A stretch of DNA of 64,000 nucleotides from Clostridia bacterium (GTDB lineage Bacteria; Bacillota; Clostridia; Oscillospirales; CAG-382), in the NCBI GenBank assembly GCA_017620655.1, contig JAGAUT010000034.1:2334-66333 (forward strand), read 5' to 3'. The notes beneath the pieces were generated by a model, which saw only the letters and a list, made by a program, of their open reading frames with translations, was not told the origin of the DNA and did not search any database. This document shows, piece after piece, positions 1-8,712 of this stretch. Both the position numbers and the translations under genes were made by a program. Within the stretch, counting starts at the first letter, position 1; every line of letters begins with the position of its first letter.

Positions 1-16
1 ATTAAGAGGTGATATT

Positions 17-532
17 ATGACATTGGTAAATCCAAAGGATTTTGGTGAAAACCTATTCAAAATGTTCGACGACTCATGGTGTCTTATTGCATCGTACGAC
101 GAAAAGCATGAGGGTCTTCCCTACAATGCAATGACTGCAAGCTGGGGCGGCATGGGTGTTCTCTGGAACAAGAATGTATTTTTCTGCTTTGTAAGACCTC
201 AGAGATACACAAAGGAATTTATTGACAAGTCCGAGTACATTTCACTTTCGTTCTTTGACGAGGACAAGAAAAAGGCACTCACCTACTGCGGAAGAAATTC
301 GGGACGAGACGGTGACAAGTTATCCGAGGCAGGCTTGAATGTAACCGTTTCGGACAAAGGTATTGTAGAGTTTGAAGATGCAAAAGTAACTGTCATAGGC
401 AGAAAGCTTTTTGCCGCAGACATGAAAGAGGCTGACTTTATTGACAAGTCGGTGCTTGAAAAGAATTATCCGAACAAGGATTATCACACGGTTTATGTGT
501 GTGAGATTGAGGAATTAAAAGTAAGCGAATAA
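17..532 (+). CDS. Flavin reductase-like (flavoredoxin family) FMN-binding protein
   Basis: 171 aa; motifs NAMTASWGG, VRPQRYT, YCGRNSGR and a C-terminal YHTVYVCEI typical of the family; RBS gagg upstream. Confidence 0.85.
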   Translation: MTLVNPKDFGENLFKMFDDSWCLIASYDEKHEGLPYNAMTASWGGMGVLWNKNVFFCFVRPQRYTKEFIDKSEYISLSFFDEDKKKALTYCGRNSGRDGDKLSEAGLNVTVSDKGIVEFEDAKVTVIGRKLFAADMKEADFIDKSVLEKNYPNKDYHTVYVCEIEELKVSE

Positions 533-665
533 TACAAAAATCCCTTGCATCGGTGTTTGATGCAAGGGATTAGTTATTTACGCGGTTGATATAGTTTGTT
601 TACGATTTAATCTGCCCCGCGAACTGGTCAGCGCGGACTCCGCGCCTGCGAAATTTGCAGCGGTG
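533..665 (-). repeat. Post-stop-codon structured repeat, family A, copy 1
   Basis: After the mgsA stop: GC hairpins, then TTCGCGGGGCAG...CGCGTAAATAAC, then a 13-bp stem (539-551/559-571) with loop AAACACC; homologous to 19599-19703 and 25265-25375. Confidence 0.8.
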
Positions 666-667
666 CT

Positions 668-1078
668 TCACCGCTTAGCCTTGGGATTTACAAGATTTCT
701 CCAATCAAGTGTACCCTGGTCAAGGGCAAGGATAAGTGCTTCTGCCGTAGCAATATTTGTGGCAAAAGGTACGTTATATATGTCGCAGAGTCTCAAAATA
801 TTATGCTCTGCTTCCTTGTATTCGGGTGCTGCAATTGTATTTCTGAAGAAAAGAAGAAGGTCTATTTCATTAAAGGCAATTCTTGATGCTATCTGTTCAA
901 TACCGCCCTGCATACCTGTCATAAGACATTCAATCTTAAGACCCGTTGCTTCGGAAATATATTTACCCGTGGCATCTGTTGCACACAGTTCGTGTTTACA
1001 CAAAATACCCTGATATGCAATACAGAATTCCGCGATGAGTTCTTTTTTTGTGTCTGATGCTATGATTGCTATTTCCAT
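668..1078 (-). CDS. mgsA: Methylglyoxal synthase-like protein (active-site residues degenerate)
   Basis: MGS-type sequence (IAII...KKELIAEFCIAY, ATG, EIDLLLFFR, LLRLCD-like ILRLCDIYNVPFATNIATAE); start may be TTG at 1087. Confidence 0.85.
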   Translation of the reverse strand: MEIAIIASDTKKELIAEFCIAYQGILCKHELCATDATGKYISEATGLKIECLMTGMQGGIEQIASRIAFNEIDLLLFFRNTIAAPEYKEAEHNILRLCDIYNVPFATNIATAEALILALDQGTLDWRNLVNPKAKR

Positions 1079-1169
1079 ATAAACCAATCAATCCTTTCTC
1101 TTTTATTGTATTCGATTAACCACGGTAAAACACCGCCGCACTAATTCCTGATTTATAACGCACTCCGTT

Positions 1170-2006
1170 TTAAAAGACCTGTTTTTTCTTTACTCCCGTA
1201 TCTACGCCGTCAAACAGCGGAACCTTATATCCCTCACAACGAGTCGCAATATTTTCAACCGCCTTGCAGAAGGGAGTTGTACCTCGGTAAAGCTCATATG
1301 CAAGCTTGCCCATTTCCTGACCCTTAGACATGGAAATGCTGAAGGGAACTACGCCCCAGAGCTGCATTTTTGTTTTTGAAATGATGTCGTAAAGTCCGAC
1401 ATTGACTCCGTCCTTGGCGTCCTTTGGCTTAAAGCCATTGACAATCAGCCTTATATCAAGGCCGCCTGCCGTAAGATTATCCTTGCCGTAGCCCGTCAGT
1501 TCATTAAGGGCAATGGCTGTTTTTTCTGCCGCTCTTATGGAGGCCGCGGTATGAAGTGAAATAACAAGTGCCGCATCCACAAGCTGGGCAAGATTACGGT
1601 AAAGGTTGTCAGGTCTTGCCGGAAGGTCGAATATTACATAGTCAAAACGGTTGGTAAGCTCTTTTACAAGGGCGGTGATTGCCTCCTTTGAAAATGAATC
1701 AGCGGTCATGCCGATTTCATGCCTTTCGGGATAGAAGGCAGGTGCGGAAATAAAATACAGGTTTTCACAGCGGGTATCACGCACTATGGCGTTATCAATT
1801 GTACATGTTCCCTTGATACAGTCACACAGATTGAAAAGCGTTGCATTCTCAAGTCCGAGAACAATATCGAGGCAGCGCGATTCAAGGTCACAGTCAACAG
1901 CAACCACACGGTGTCCGCGTCTTGCAAGGCTCATGGCAAGATTTGCCGATAAAGTTGTCTTTCCAACTCCGCCTTTGAACGAAGTTACAATATAGCTCTT
2001 GCCCAT
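1170..2006 (-). CDS. minD: Septum site-determining ATPase MinD
   Basis: Deviant Walker A KGGVGKTT, VDCDLESRCLDIVLGLE, DYVIFDLPA; adjacent to mgsA as in other Clostridia. Confidence 0.8.
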   Translation of the reverse strand: MGKSYIVTSFKGGVGKTTLSANLAMSLARRGHRVVAVDCDLESRCLDIVLGLENATLFNLCDCIKGTCTIDNAIVRDTRCENLYFISAPAFYPERHEIGMTADSFSKEAITALVKELTNRFDYVIFDLPARPDNLYRNLAQLVDAALVISLHTAASIRAAEKTAIALNELTGYGKDNLTAGGLDIRLIVNGFKPKDAKDGVNVGLYDIISKTKMQLWGVVPFSISMSKGQEMGKLAYELYRGTTPFCKAVENIATRCEGYKVPLFDGVDTGVKKKQVF

Positions 2007-2324
2007 GCTTCCTCCCTGTTTTTAAATGGTTTCCGTCCTTAGTATTATACCAAATTTGACCACCTTTGTCAATCTTGCGAGGGGTATTTTTTCAATTTTG
2101 TCGTTTCGACGTAGTTATAAAAACATTTTTATGCAGCTTGCACAATTTGTAAAAGAAATTTATGTATTTTTTGATTCTTATGCACCAAAATATGCATTTT
2201 CGACCATCTTTGGCAAAAAAATTTTATAAATTATTGGTTGTATGTACTTGAAATGGTAAAAAAACTATTGTATAATATAATCAAACTATGCAGACGTATC
2301 TGCAATATTTATGAGGTGAAACTT

Positions 2325-3182
2325 ATGAACAAGAAGATTTTAGCAATCGTTTTATGTCTTGCAATGCTCATTTCAAGCCTTGCAGTAAGTGCATATGCTG
2401 CAACAATTGACGTTGAAATCGACCTTTCCGATCTTTTCGGTCCTTCGGAATCCGATCCCGAAACCGGTGATTCCGAAAACGAAGGTACAGGCACAGGTTC
2501 TACAACAAAGCCTTCTACAGGAAACAAACCCTCCACAGGCACAACAACAAGAGACGAAGAAGATGAAGATGAAGATGAAGATATCTTCACAGGCGAGGAA
2601 ACAAAGAAAGACGAAACAAAGGAATGGACAAATCCCTTCACAGACGTCAAGGAATCCGACTGGTATTATGAAACAGTCAAGTACGTTTCCGAAAACGGCA
2701 TCTTCAATGGTATGACAGAAGACACCTTCGTTCCCGGCTCGGAACTCACAAGAGCAATGCTCGTAACAGTTCTTTACAGAGCAGAAGGTTCTCCCAGAAT
2801 AGAATCCGACAGTAAATTCTCCGATATTGACCTTGAAGACTGGTTCGGCGCACCTGTAATCTGGGCTGCAGAAAACGGCATTGTAAACGGTATTTCCGAA
2901 ACAGAATTCGCTCCCAACAACGCAATAACCAGAGAGCAGATTGCTGCTATCATGTACAGATATGCGCAGGCAAAGAAATATGACACAACTCAGGGCGGCA
3001 TGGCTGTCAGAGAATACGAAGACTACGAAACAATTTCTTCCTGGGCAAAGGAAGCTATGCAGTGGGCAGTAAACACAAAGCTCATCAACGGTAAGACAGC
3101 AACCACAGTTAATCCTCAGGATAAGGCTACAAGAGCAGAAGCTGCTACAATTATCATGAGATTTATTGAAGCCAACAAGTAA
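2325..3182 (+). CDS. Secreted S-layer homology (SLH) domain protein
   Basis: ATG 2325 with RBS gaggtg; signal peptide MNKKILAIV...AYA, acidic/Thr linker, three SLH repeats (LTRAMLVTVLY, ITREQIAAIMY, ATRAEAATII). Confidence 0.9.
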   Translation: MNKKILAIVLCLAMLISSLAVSAYAATIDVEIDLSDLFGPSESDPETGDSENEGTGTGSTTKPSTGNKPSTGTTTRDEEDEDEDEDIFTGEETKKDETKEWTNPFTDVKESDWYYETVKYVSENGIFNGMTEDTFVPGSELTRAMLVTVLYRAEGSPRIESDSKFSDIDLEDWFGAPVIWAAENGIVNGISETEFAPNNAITREQIAAIMYRYAQAKKYDTTQGGMAVREYEDYETISSWAKEAMQWAVNTKLINGKTATTVNPQDKATRAEAATIIMRFIEANK

Positions 3183-3197
3183 TCATACAAACATTTT

Positions 3198-3227
3198 GGT
3201 GCAGGATTTATGTCCTGCACCTTTTTT
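3198..3227 (+). terminator. Intrinsic terminator of the SLH gene
   Basis: Stem ggtgcagga/tcctgcacc followed by a T6 tract. Confidence 0.8.
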
Positions 3228-3300
3228 GTTTTCTTTTCTATTGCTTTTTTTGACGCTTTGCTGTAAAATAGTGTTGATTATATCATAAGGAAAAGTGATT

Positions 3301-4449
3301 ATGAGCGAAATATATTTTGACAATGCGGCAACAACAAGAGTAAGCGATGAAGCGGCAAGGTCGGCACTTGATGTTATGACATCGTTTTACGGTAATCCGT
3401 CGTCTGCTCATGCAAAAGGTCTTGAAGCAGAGCATATACTGAAAAAGGCGAGAGTTCAGGTGATTTCGGGACTTGGATATACCACGAAGGACGGCAATCT
3501 TTTGTTTACTTCCTGCGGTACTGAGGCAAGCAACATGGTTTTCTTCGGTGCATATGAAGTGCTTGGCAAGAGAAAAAACAATATAGTGATTTCCGACTCA
3601 GAGCATCCGAGCGTCGAAAACTGTGCAAGAGAGCTTGAAAGAAACGGCGTTGAAATCAGAAGAATTCCCACAAAGGGTGGAAAGCTCGACCTTGACTTTG
3701 CAGAAAAAGCGATCGATGCAAAAACAATGCTCATCTCCTGTATGCTTGTAAACAACGAAACAGGTGCAGTCTACGACATAAAGGCTCTTGATGCAATACG
3801 CAAGAGAAACGCAAATGATGCGTATCTCCACACAGATGCGGTACAGGGCTTCTGCAAGCTGCCCTATTCCCTGTCGGCTCTCGGTACAGATTTGATTTCC
3901 GTCAGCGGACACAAAATTCATGCACCCAAAGGTGTGGGCGGACTATTTATAAAGAAGGGCGTCCGTTTACCCTCAAGAATGTTTGGCGGCGGGCAGGAAG
4001 CAGGTCTTCGTTCAGGAACGGAAAATCTTGCAGGCATTGCGGCATTCGGTAAAGCAGTCGATGAATACATGAATGAAAAGTCAGAACGTCTGAATACACT
4101 TAAAAATTTAAATACGGAACTTCGCAAAAATCTTTCTGAAATCTGCCCGTATGTTCTTATAAACTCACAAGAAGATTTTGCACCCCATATACTCAGCATA
4201 AGCGTTCCCGGTATCAGAAGCGAAATAATGTTAAGGTTTCTTTCCGAGAAAGGCATCTATGTTTCGGCAGGCTCGGCATGTTCATCAAAGAGTGCCGACA
4301 ACAGGGTGCTTTCCAACTTCGGTCTAAGTGACAAGACAGCCGATTCGACACTTCGTATCAGCTTTTCAAAATACAACACCAAAGAAGAAACCCTCATTCT
4401 TGCAAAAGCAATAAACGAGGGCAACTCAAGTCTTATTCATACTGTATAA
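3301..4449 (+). CDS. iscS: Cysteine desulfurase, IscS/NifS type
   Basis: YFDNAATT, SGHKIHAPKG (PLP lysine), SAGSACSS (catalytic Cys loop). Confidence 0.9.
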   Translation: MSEIYFDNAATTRVSDEAARSALDVMTSFYGNPSSAHAKGLEAEHILKKARVQVISGLGYTTKDGNLLFTSCGTEASNMVFFGAYEVLGKRKNNIVISDSEHPSVENCARELERNGVEIRRIPTKGGKLDLDFAEKAIDAKTMLISCMLVNNETGAVYDIKALDAIRKRNANDAYLHTDAVQGFCKLPYSLSALGTDLISVSGHKIHAPKGVGGLFIKKGVRLPSRMFGGGQEAGLRSGTENLAGIAAFGKAVDEYMNEKSERLNTLKNLNTELRKNLSEICPYVLINSQEDFAPHILSISVPGIRSEIMLRFLSEKGIYVSAGSACSSKSADNRVLSNFGLSDKTADSTLRISFSKYNTKEETLILAKAINEGNSSLIHTV

Positions 4450-4468
4450 AACCTTTTGGAGGTAAAGA

Positions 4469-6001
4469 ATGAAACTGCAGAATTTATGTGAAATATTAAA
4501 AGAAGAATTTGCCGAAAAAGTGCTGAACGAATCTGCAAATCTCAGCTGTGTATCCTGTGACGGTATATGCGGCGAATTTTCAGGGGTTACATTTGACTCC
4601 AGAGAAGTCAAAAAAGGTTACATTTTCGTTGCAATCACAGGTGTTGTGACAGACGGACACCTGTATATTCCCAAAGCCGTAGAGCTTGGTGCTGCGGCAA
4701 TCGTTTGCGAAAACGCCGAGATGTACAGAGAGTACAAGGAAGAATACAAAAACGTTCAGTTTTTCCTTGTAAAAAATGCAAGACGCGCTCTTGCCATTAT
4801 TTCAAAATGCTTCTACGGTAATGCCTGCGATAAGCTCACAATTATCGGTATCACAGGTACAAAGGGAAAGACAAGCACCTCCTTTATGATTTCAAAAATC
4901 TTAAACGAGGCTGGACAAAGGTGCGGTATCATAGGCACAACCGGTGCATATTTTGAAGACTATTTTGAGGAAATGAGCCACTCCACACCCGAAAGCCGTG
5001 ACCTTCACGCCCTCTTCGCAAAAATGCTCTCGCTCGGTGCTACCCACATTGTCATGGAGGTATCCTCGCAGGCACTCATGATGTACAGAGTCTACGGCAT
5101 TGAGTTTGAGGTCGGCATTTTTACAAACATCAGTCCTGACCATATCGGCGAAGGAGAACATTCGGACTTTAACGACTATCTCTACTGCAAGTCAAAGCTC
5201 TTCACTATGTGTAAAAAGGCGGTTATCAATGCAGACAGCGACAAGGCTCAGTACATTCTTGACGTGTGCAAGGTAAACGATGTAAAAAAAGTTGTTACAT
5301 ACGGCTGTGAAAGAGAGGATGTCGACTACAGAGCAGTAGGCGAAAAGTTCTTTATTGACGGCGGCATGAAGACCCACTTTGATGTTGTATCAAAGGATGA
5401 ACAGTACTCGGTTGAAGTAAGTGTTCCGGGAAAATTCTCTGTGTTCAATGCACTTTGTGCCATGAGCTGTGCTTTTACTCTCGGAATCAGTTTTGACAGT
5501 ATTGCAAAGGCACTCAAAAATGTAAAAGTAATAGGCAGAATAGAGCCTGTGGAAAATCCGAAATTAAAGGCTCCCGTCATCATTGACTATGCCCACAATG
5601 CCATGAGTCTTGAAAGTCTGTTTACGGCGGTTAAAGCATATAACCCCAAACGAATCATCTGCGTATTCGGCTGCGGTGGAAACCGTTCAAAGCTAAGACG
5701 ATATGAAATGGGCGAAATCAGCGGCAAATATGCCGACCTTTCAATCATCACAGCTGACAATTCACGCTTTGAAGAGCTTGACGATATCATTTCCGACATA
5801 CTTATCGGTATGCACAAAACAAGCGGAAAATATGAAATCGTAAAGGACAGAAAGGATGCCATTTACAGAGCCATTGACCTTTCCGAGGAAGGCGACATTG
5901 TACTTCTTGCAGGCAAGGGTCAGGAAACATATCTTGATGTCAAGGGCGTAAAAACCCATTTCGATGAAAGAGAAGTTGTTTGCTCCTATTTTGAAAGATA
6001 A
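4469..6001 (+). CDS. murE: UDP-N-acetylmuramoyl-L-alanyl-D-glutamate--diaminopimelate ligase
   Basis: GITGTKGKTS, MEVSSQAL, IDYAHN, FGCGGNR, DNSRFE, LAGKGQE. Confidence 0.93.
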   Translation: MKLQNLCEILKEEFAEKVLNESANLSCVSCDGICGEFSGVTFDSREVKKGYIFVAITGVVTDGHLYIPKAVELGAAAIVCENAEMYREYKEEYKNVQFFLVKNARRALAIISKCFYGNACDKLTIIGITGTKGKTSTSFMISKILNEAGQRCGIIGTTGAYFEDYFEEMSHSTPESRDLHALFAKMLSLGATHIVMEVSSQALMMYRVYGIEFEVGIFTNISPDHIGEGEHSDFNDYLYCKSKLFTMCKKAVINADSDKAQYILDVCKVNDVKKVVTYGCEREDVDYRAVGEKFFIDGGMKTHFDVVSKDEQYSVEVSVPGKFSVFNALCAMSCAFTLGISFDSIAKALKNVKVIGRIEPVENPKLKAPVIIDYAHNAMSLESLFTAVKAYNPKRIICVFGCGGNRSKLRRYEMGEISGKYADLSIITADNSRFEELDDIISDILIGMHKTSGKYEIVKDRKDAIYRAIDLSEEGDIVLLAGKGQETYLDVKGVKTHFDEREVVCSYFER

Positions 6002-6125
6002 ATTAACTCAATAATCAATTAAAGATCCCGTTTGTTATGTATGGATTTTATCAGTGGACGAACCGCGTTCATACAATAACAACGGGAGATTTTTTATTCT
6101 CCTACAACAGGAGGAGGTCTTATTT

Positions 6126-6350
6126 ATGGACACAAAATACTTGGTTTTCTCTTCTGTCACCTATGCACTCCGTGCCATGACCCTCTTAAAAAGACACGGA
6201 TTTTCTTCAAGACTTGAAAAAATAAAAAATATATCGGCTCTCGGCGGCTGCGGATATGTCCTTGCGGTAAATCTGGGAATTCTTGACGCCGCTGTTTCAA
6301 TAATTTCAGACGAAGGAATAAGGGTAATAGACATCCTTGATTACAAATGA
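6126..6350 (+). CDS. DUF3343-like small protein
   Basis: ATG 6126 after RBS ggagg; FSSVTYALRA...LGGCGY pattern; overlaps the next start codon (ATGA). Confidence 0.7.
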   Translation: MDTKYLVFSSVTYALRAMTLLKRHGFSSRLEKIKNISALGGCGYVLAVNLGILDAAVSIISDEGIRVIDILDYK

Positions 6351-7486
6351 GCCGTCTTATTTATCTCGACAATGCCGCTACAAGCTATCCAAAACCAAAG
6401 AACGTCATCCGTGCCGTAAATGACTGCCTTTTAAAGTGCGGTAACCCCGGCAGAAGCGGACACGAGCTGTCTTTGTATTCAGCAAGAGCAGTATACAACT
6501 GCCGTGAGGCAATATGCTCCTTTCTCAATTTCAACCATCCGGAAAATGTGGTATTCACCTACAACACCACCTATGCTCTCAACATGGCAATCAAAGGACT
6601 GATGGATGACGGCGGTGAAATAGTAATATCAAATCTTGAACACAACTCGGTTCTCCGCCCCGTCTCGGATTTGTCGCATAGCGGCAGAGACATAAGCTTT
6701 AAGGTGTTTGACGCTTTGGGGTGCGATGACGAAGTTATTACAAACTTTGAAAATACTCTGTCACCGGAGACAAAAATGTGTGTTGTCACCATGTGCTCGA
6801 ACGTAACAGGCAAAATTCTTCCGTACAAAAGGATAGGTGAAATATGCAAAAAAAGAGGAATAAAACTTATATTTGATGCGGCACAGTGTGCAGGGCTTAT
6901 ACCCATTGACCTGTCAGCCTTTTATTTTTCCGCAGTATGTTTTGCCGGTCACAAGTCGCTGTGTGGAATCATGGGGACGGGATTTTGTGTATTCTCGCCC
7001 GACACAGAACCTTTACCCATAATTCAGGGCGGCAACGGAGTTGAATCAATTTCTCAATTTCAATCCGGTCCTCTGCCCGAAAGGCTTGAGTCCGGAACCG
7101 TAGGTGTACCGGGAATAATTGCTCTGCACGAGGGCATAAAGCATATCACCTCTGCAGGCCTTGGGCATATAGGTGAAAAATGCTTATATCTTGAGTCAAG
7201 ACTGACGTCGGGGCTTTTGCAAACAGAAAACATCACCCTTTACGGCAGATGCCGTGACAAGGTTTCGACAGTGCTGTTCAGCATCGGCAAAGTCCCATCG
7301 GAGAAGGTGTCGGCTTACCTTTCCGAAAAAAGCATATGCGTAAGGGCAGGACTTCACTGTGCTCCCCTCGCCCACGAAGCACTCGGAACTACAGACACAG
7401 GTGCTGTAAGAGTTTCCATATCCCACTTCAATACAGGCGAGGACATTGATTTATTCTTAAAAGAAATCAGACTAATGACAAAATAA
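6347..7486 (+). CDS. Class V aminotransferase / cysteine desulfurase family protein (SufS/CsdA type)
   Basis: IYLDNAATSYPKP, FAGHKSL, RLESGT, RAGLHCAP. Confidence 0.88.
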   Translation: MSRLIYLDNAATSYPKPKNVIRAVNDCLLKCGNPGRSGHELSLYSARAVYNCREAICSFLNFNHPENVVFTYNTTYALNMAIKGLMDDGGEIVISNLEHNSVLRPVSDLSHSGRDISFKVFDALGCDDEVITNFENTLSPETKMCVVTMCSNVTGKILPYKRIGEICKKRGIKLIFDAAQCAGLIPIDLSAFYFSAVCFAGHKSLCGIMGTGFCVFSPDTEPLPIIQGGNGVESISQFQSGPLPERLESGTVGVPGIIALHEGIKHITSAGLGHIGEKCLYLESRLTSGLLQTENITLYGRCRDKVSTVLFSIGKVPSEKVSAYLSEKSICVRAGLHCAPLAHEALGTTDTGAVRVSISHFNTGEDIDLFLKEIRLMTK

Positions 7487-7509
7487 AAGGAGCCTTTCGG
7501 CTCCTTTTT
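7485..7509. terminator. Bidirectional terminator between convergent genes
   Basis: aaaaggagcc-tttc-ggctcctttt. Confidence 0.85.
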
Positions 7510-8260
7510 ACATGTTTTCTGTTATTCTGCAGAGTGCATCTGCTTCGGTTTTCAAGGATTCTATGCTGTTATCCGGCATAAATTCCAGCAGCAAAGTCTT
7601 TGACTTATCAAAGAAAGAAAGGTATTCTCTCCACGTTCCATATGCCTGCGAAAGAGGATACTTGTTCTGACCCTTCCAATTGAAGACGTGAATATTTCTT
7701 GTGTATGGCGAAATGTTCTTTGCATATTCTGTGTTTTGTGCAAAGCTTACATGCTGATTTGGCTGCCAATACATTCTGAAATTATTTGAAGATATCCTTT
7801 GCATAAGTTCAAGCGCACCGTCAAGTGTCTGGGTATACGAGTCATTATGGCACTCCATGCACAGTATCACATTAAGTTTTTTTGCAATCGCTGCGGCTTT
7901 TTGCGCTTCTTCAAAAAAGGCAAGCTTTTCATCGTGAGAATAGTCCGACGCCTTTTTATTTCCGCACCATATACGCAGAATGTTTGTACCGAGGATTTTT
8001 GCCGCTTCGGCATAGGTCTCAAGCTCATTTATGTTTGTTGTGCCGAGTCTGAAATAGGTGCCGTAGGAACAGCAGTCTATGCCATATTCTTTCTGAAGAT
8101 AACACAGGTCACGAAGTCTTGCGCTGTCGTGACACGGTGCATGTATATCACTTCCCCACTCGATGCATGAAAGCATTGTTTCTTTCATTGCTTCAAGGAT
8201 TTCCCCCGGCGAGTGCTGACGAAAGGATACAGACACAAGTCCAAGATTGTAATTTGCCAT
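7508..8260 (-). CDS. Sugar phosphate isomerase/epimerase (xylose isomerase-like TIM barrel)
   Basis: GLVSVSFR, IEWGSDIHAP, MECHNDS, IHVFNW, LLEF metal-binding pattern; start at MANY (8260). Confidence 0.8.
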   Translation of the reverse strand: MANYNLGLVSVSFRQHSPGEILEAMKETMLSCIEWGSDIHAPCHDSARLRDLCYLQKEYGIDCCSYGTYFRLGTTNINELETYAEAAKILGTNILRIWCGNKKASDYSHDEKLAFFEEAQKAAAIAKKLNVILCMECHNDSYTQTLDGALELMQRISSNNFRMYWQPNQHVSFAQNTEYAKNISPYTRNIHVFNWKGQNKYPLSQAYGTWREYLSFFDKSKTLLLEFMPDNSIESLKTEADALCRITENM

Positions 8261-8301
8261 ATACTCATCCCCTTCGGGACAAGTATACCACATTTCACCC
8301 T

Positions 8302-8712
8302 TTACTTCAAGTTTTTGTTGAGTTTTTTGCTTGTTGCTTTAATGGAAAAGTACACCGTCAGCCACACAGCAGCATAAACTATGACAAAAACAAGGGTAAA
8401 TATGCCCACCACTGCCATATCAAAGCTCAGCCATGAGTTGACAAGGTAACATACAAGATATGAAACATACAAGGTCAGAAGCTGAAAAAAAGCACTTTTT
8501 ACCGCCGACCAGCTTTCAACGCTGTGAAACACAGATGTTCCTGCGTGAATAAAAGCAAGAAAATACGTAGAAACAATCGCTGTCAGCACCGATTTTCCGT
8601 CATGCATAAGATTGGGTTCCGAGGATATAATTATTGCGGCAATTATGCATCCGAGTCCTGAAAACATAAGGCCTCGGTGCAAAAATTTCTTTACATACTT
8701 GTTCATTTTCAT
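8302..8712 (-). CDS. DUF3021-like membrane protein (LytTR regulatory system inhibitor partner)
   Basis: Four hydrophobic segments, ESWS motif, C-terminal KKLNKNLK; overlaps the stop of the LytTR gene. Confidence 0.78.
   Translation of the reverse strand: MKMNKYVKKFLHRGLMFSGLGCIIAAIIISSEPNLMHDGKSVLTAIVSTYFLAFIHAGTSVFHSVESWSAVKSAFFQLLTLYVSYLVCYLVNSWLSFDMAVVGIFTLVFVIVYAAVWLTVYFSIKATSKKLNKNLK

Noticed and set aside
2238-2324. N-terminal extensions in the ORF track (SLH gene, lytTR, azlC, nusB, lepB, rplS, gmk, topoisomerase B, XRE genes)
   Set aside because: Downstream starts have clear RBSs and match family N-termini; the extensions overlap promoters or neighbouring genes
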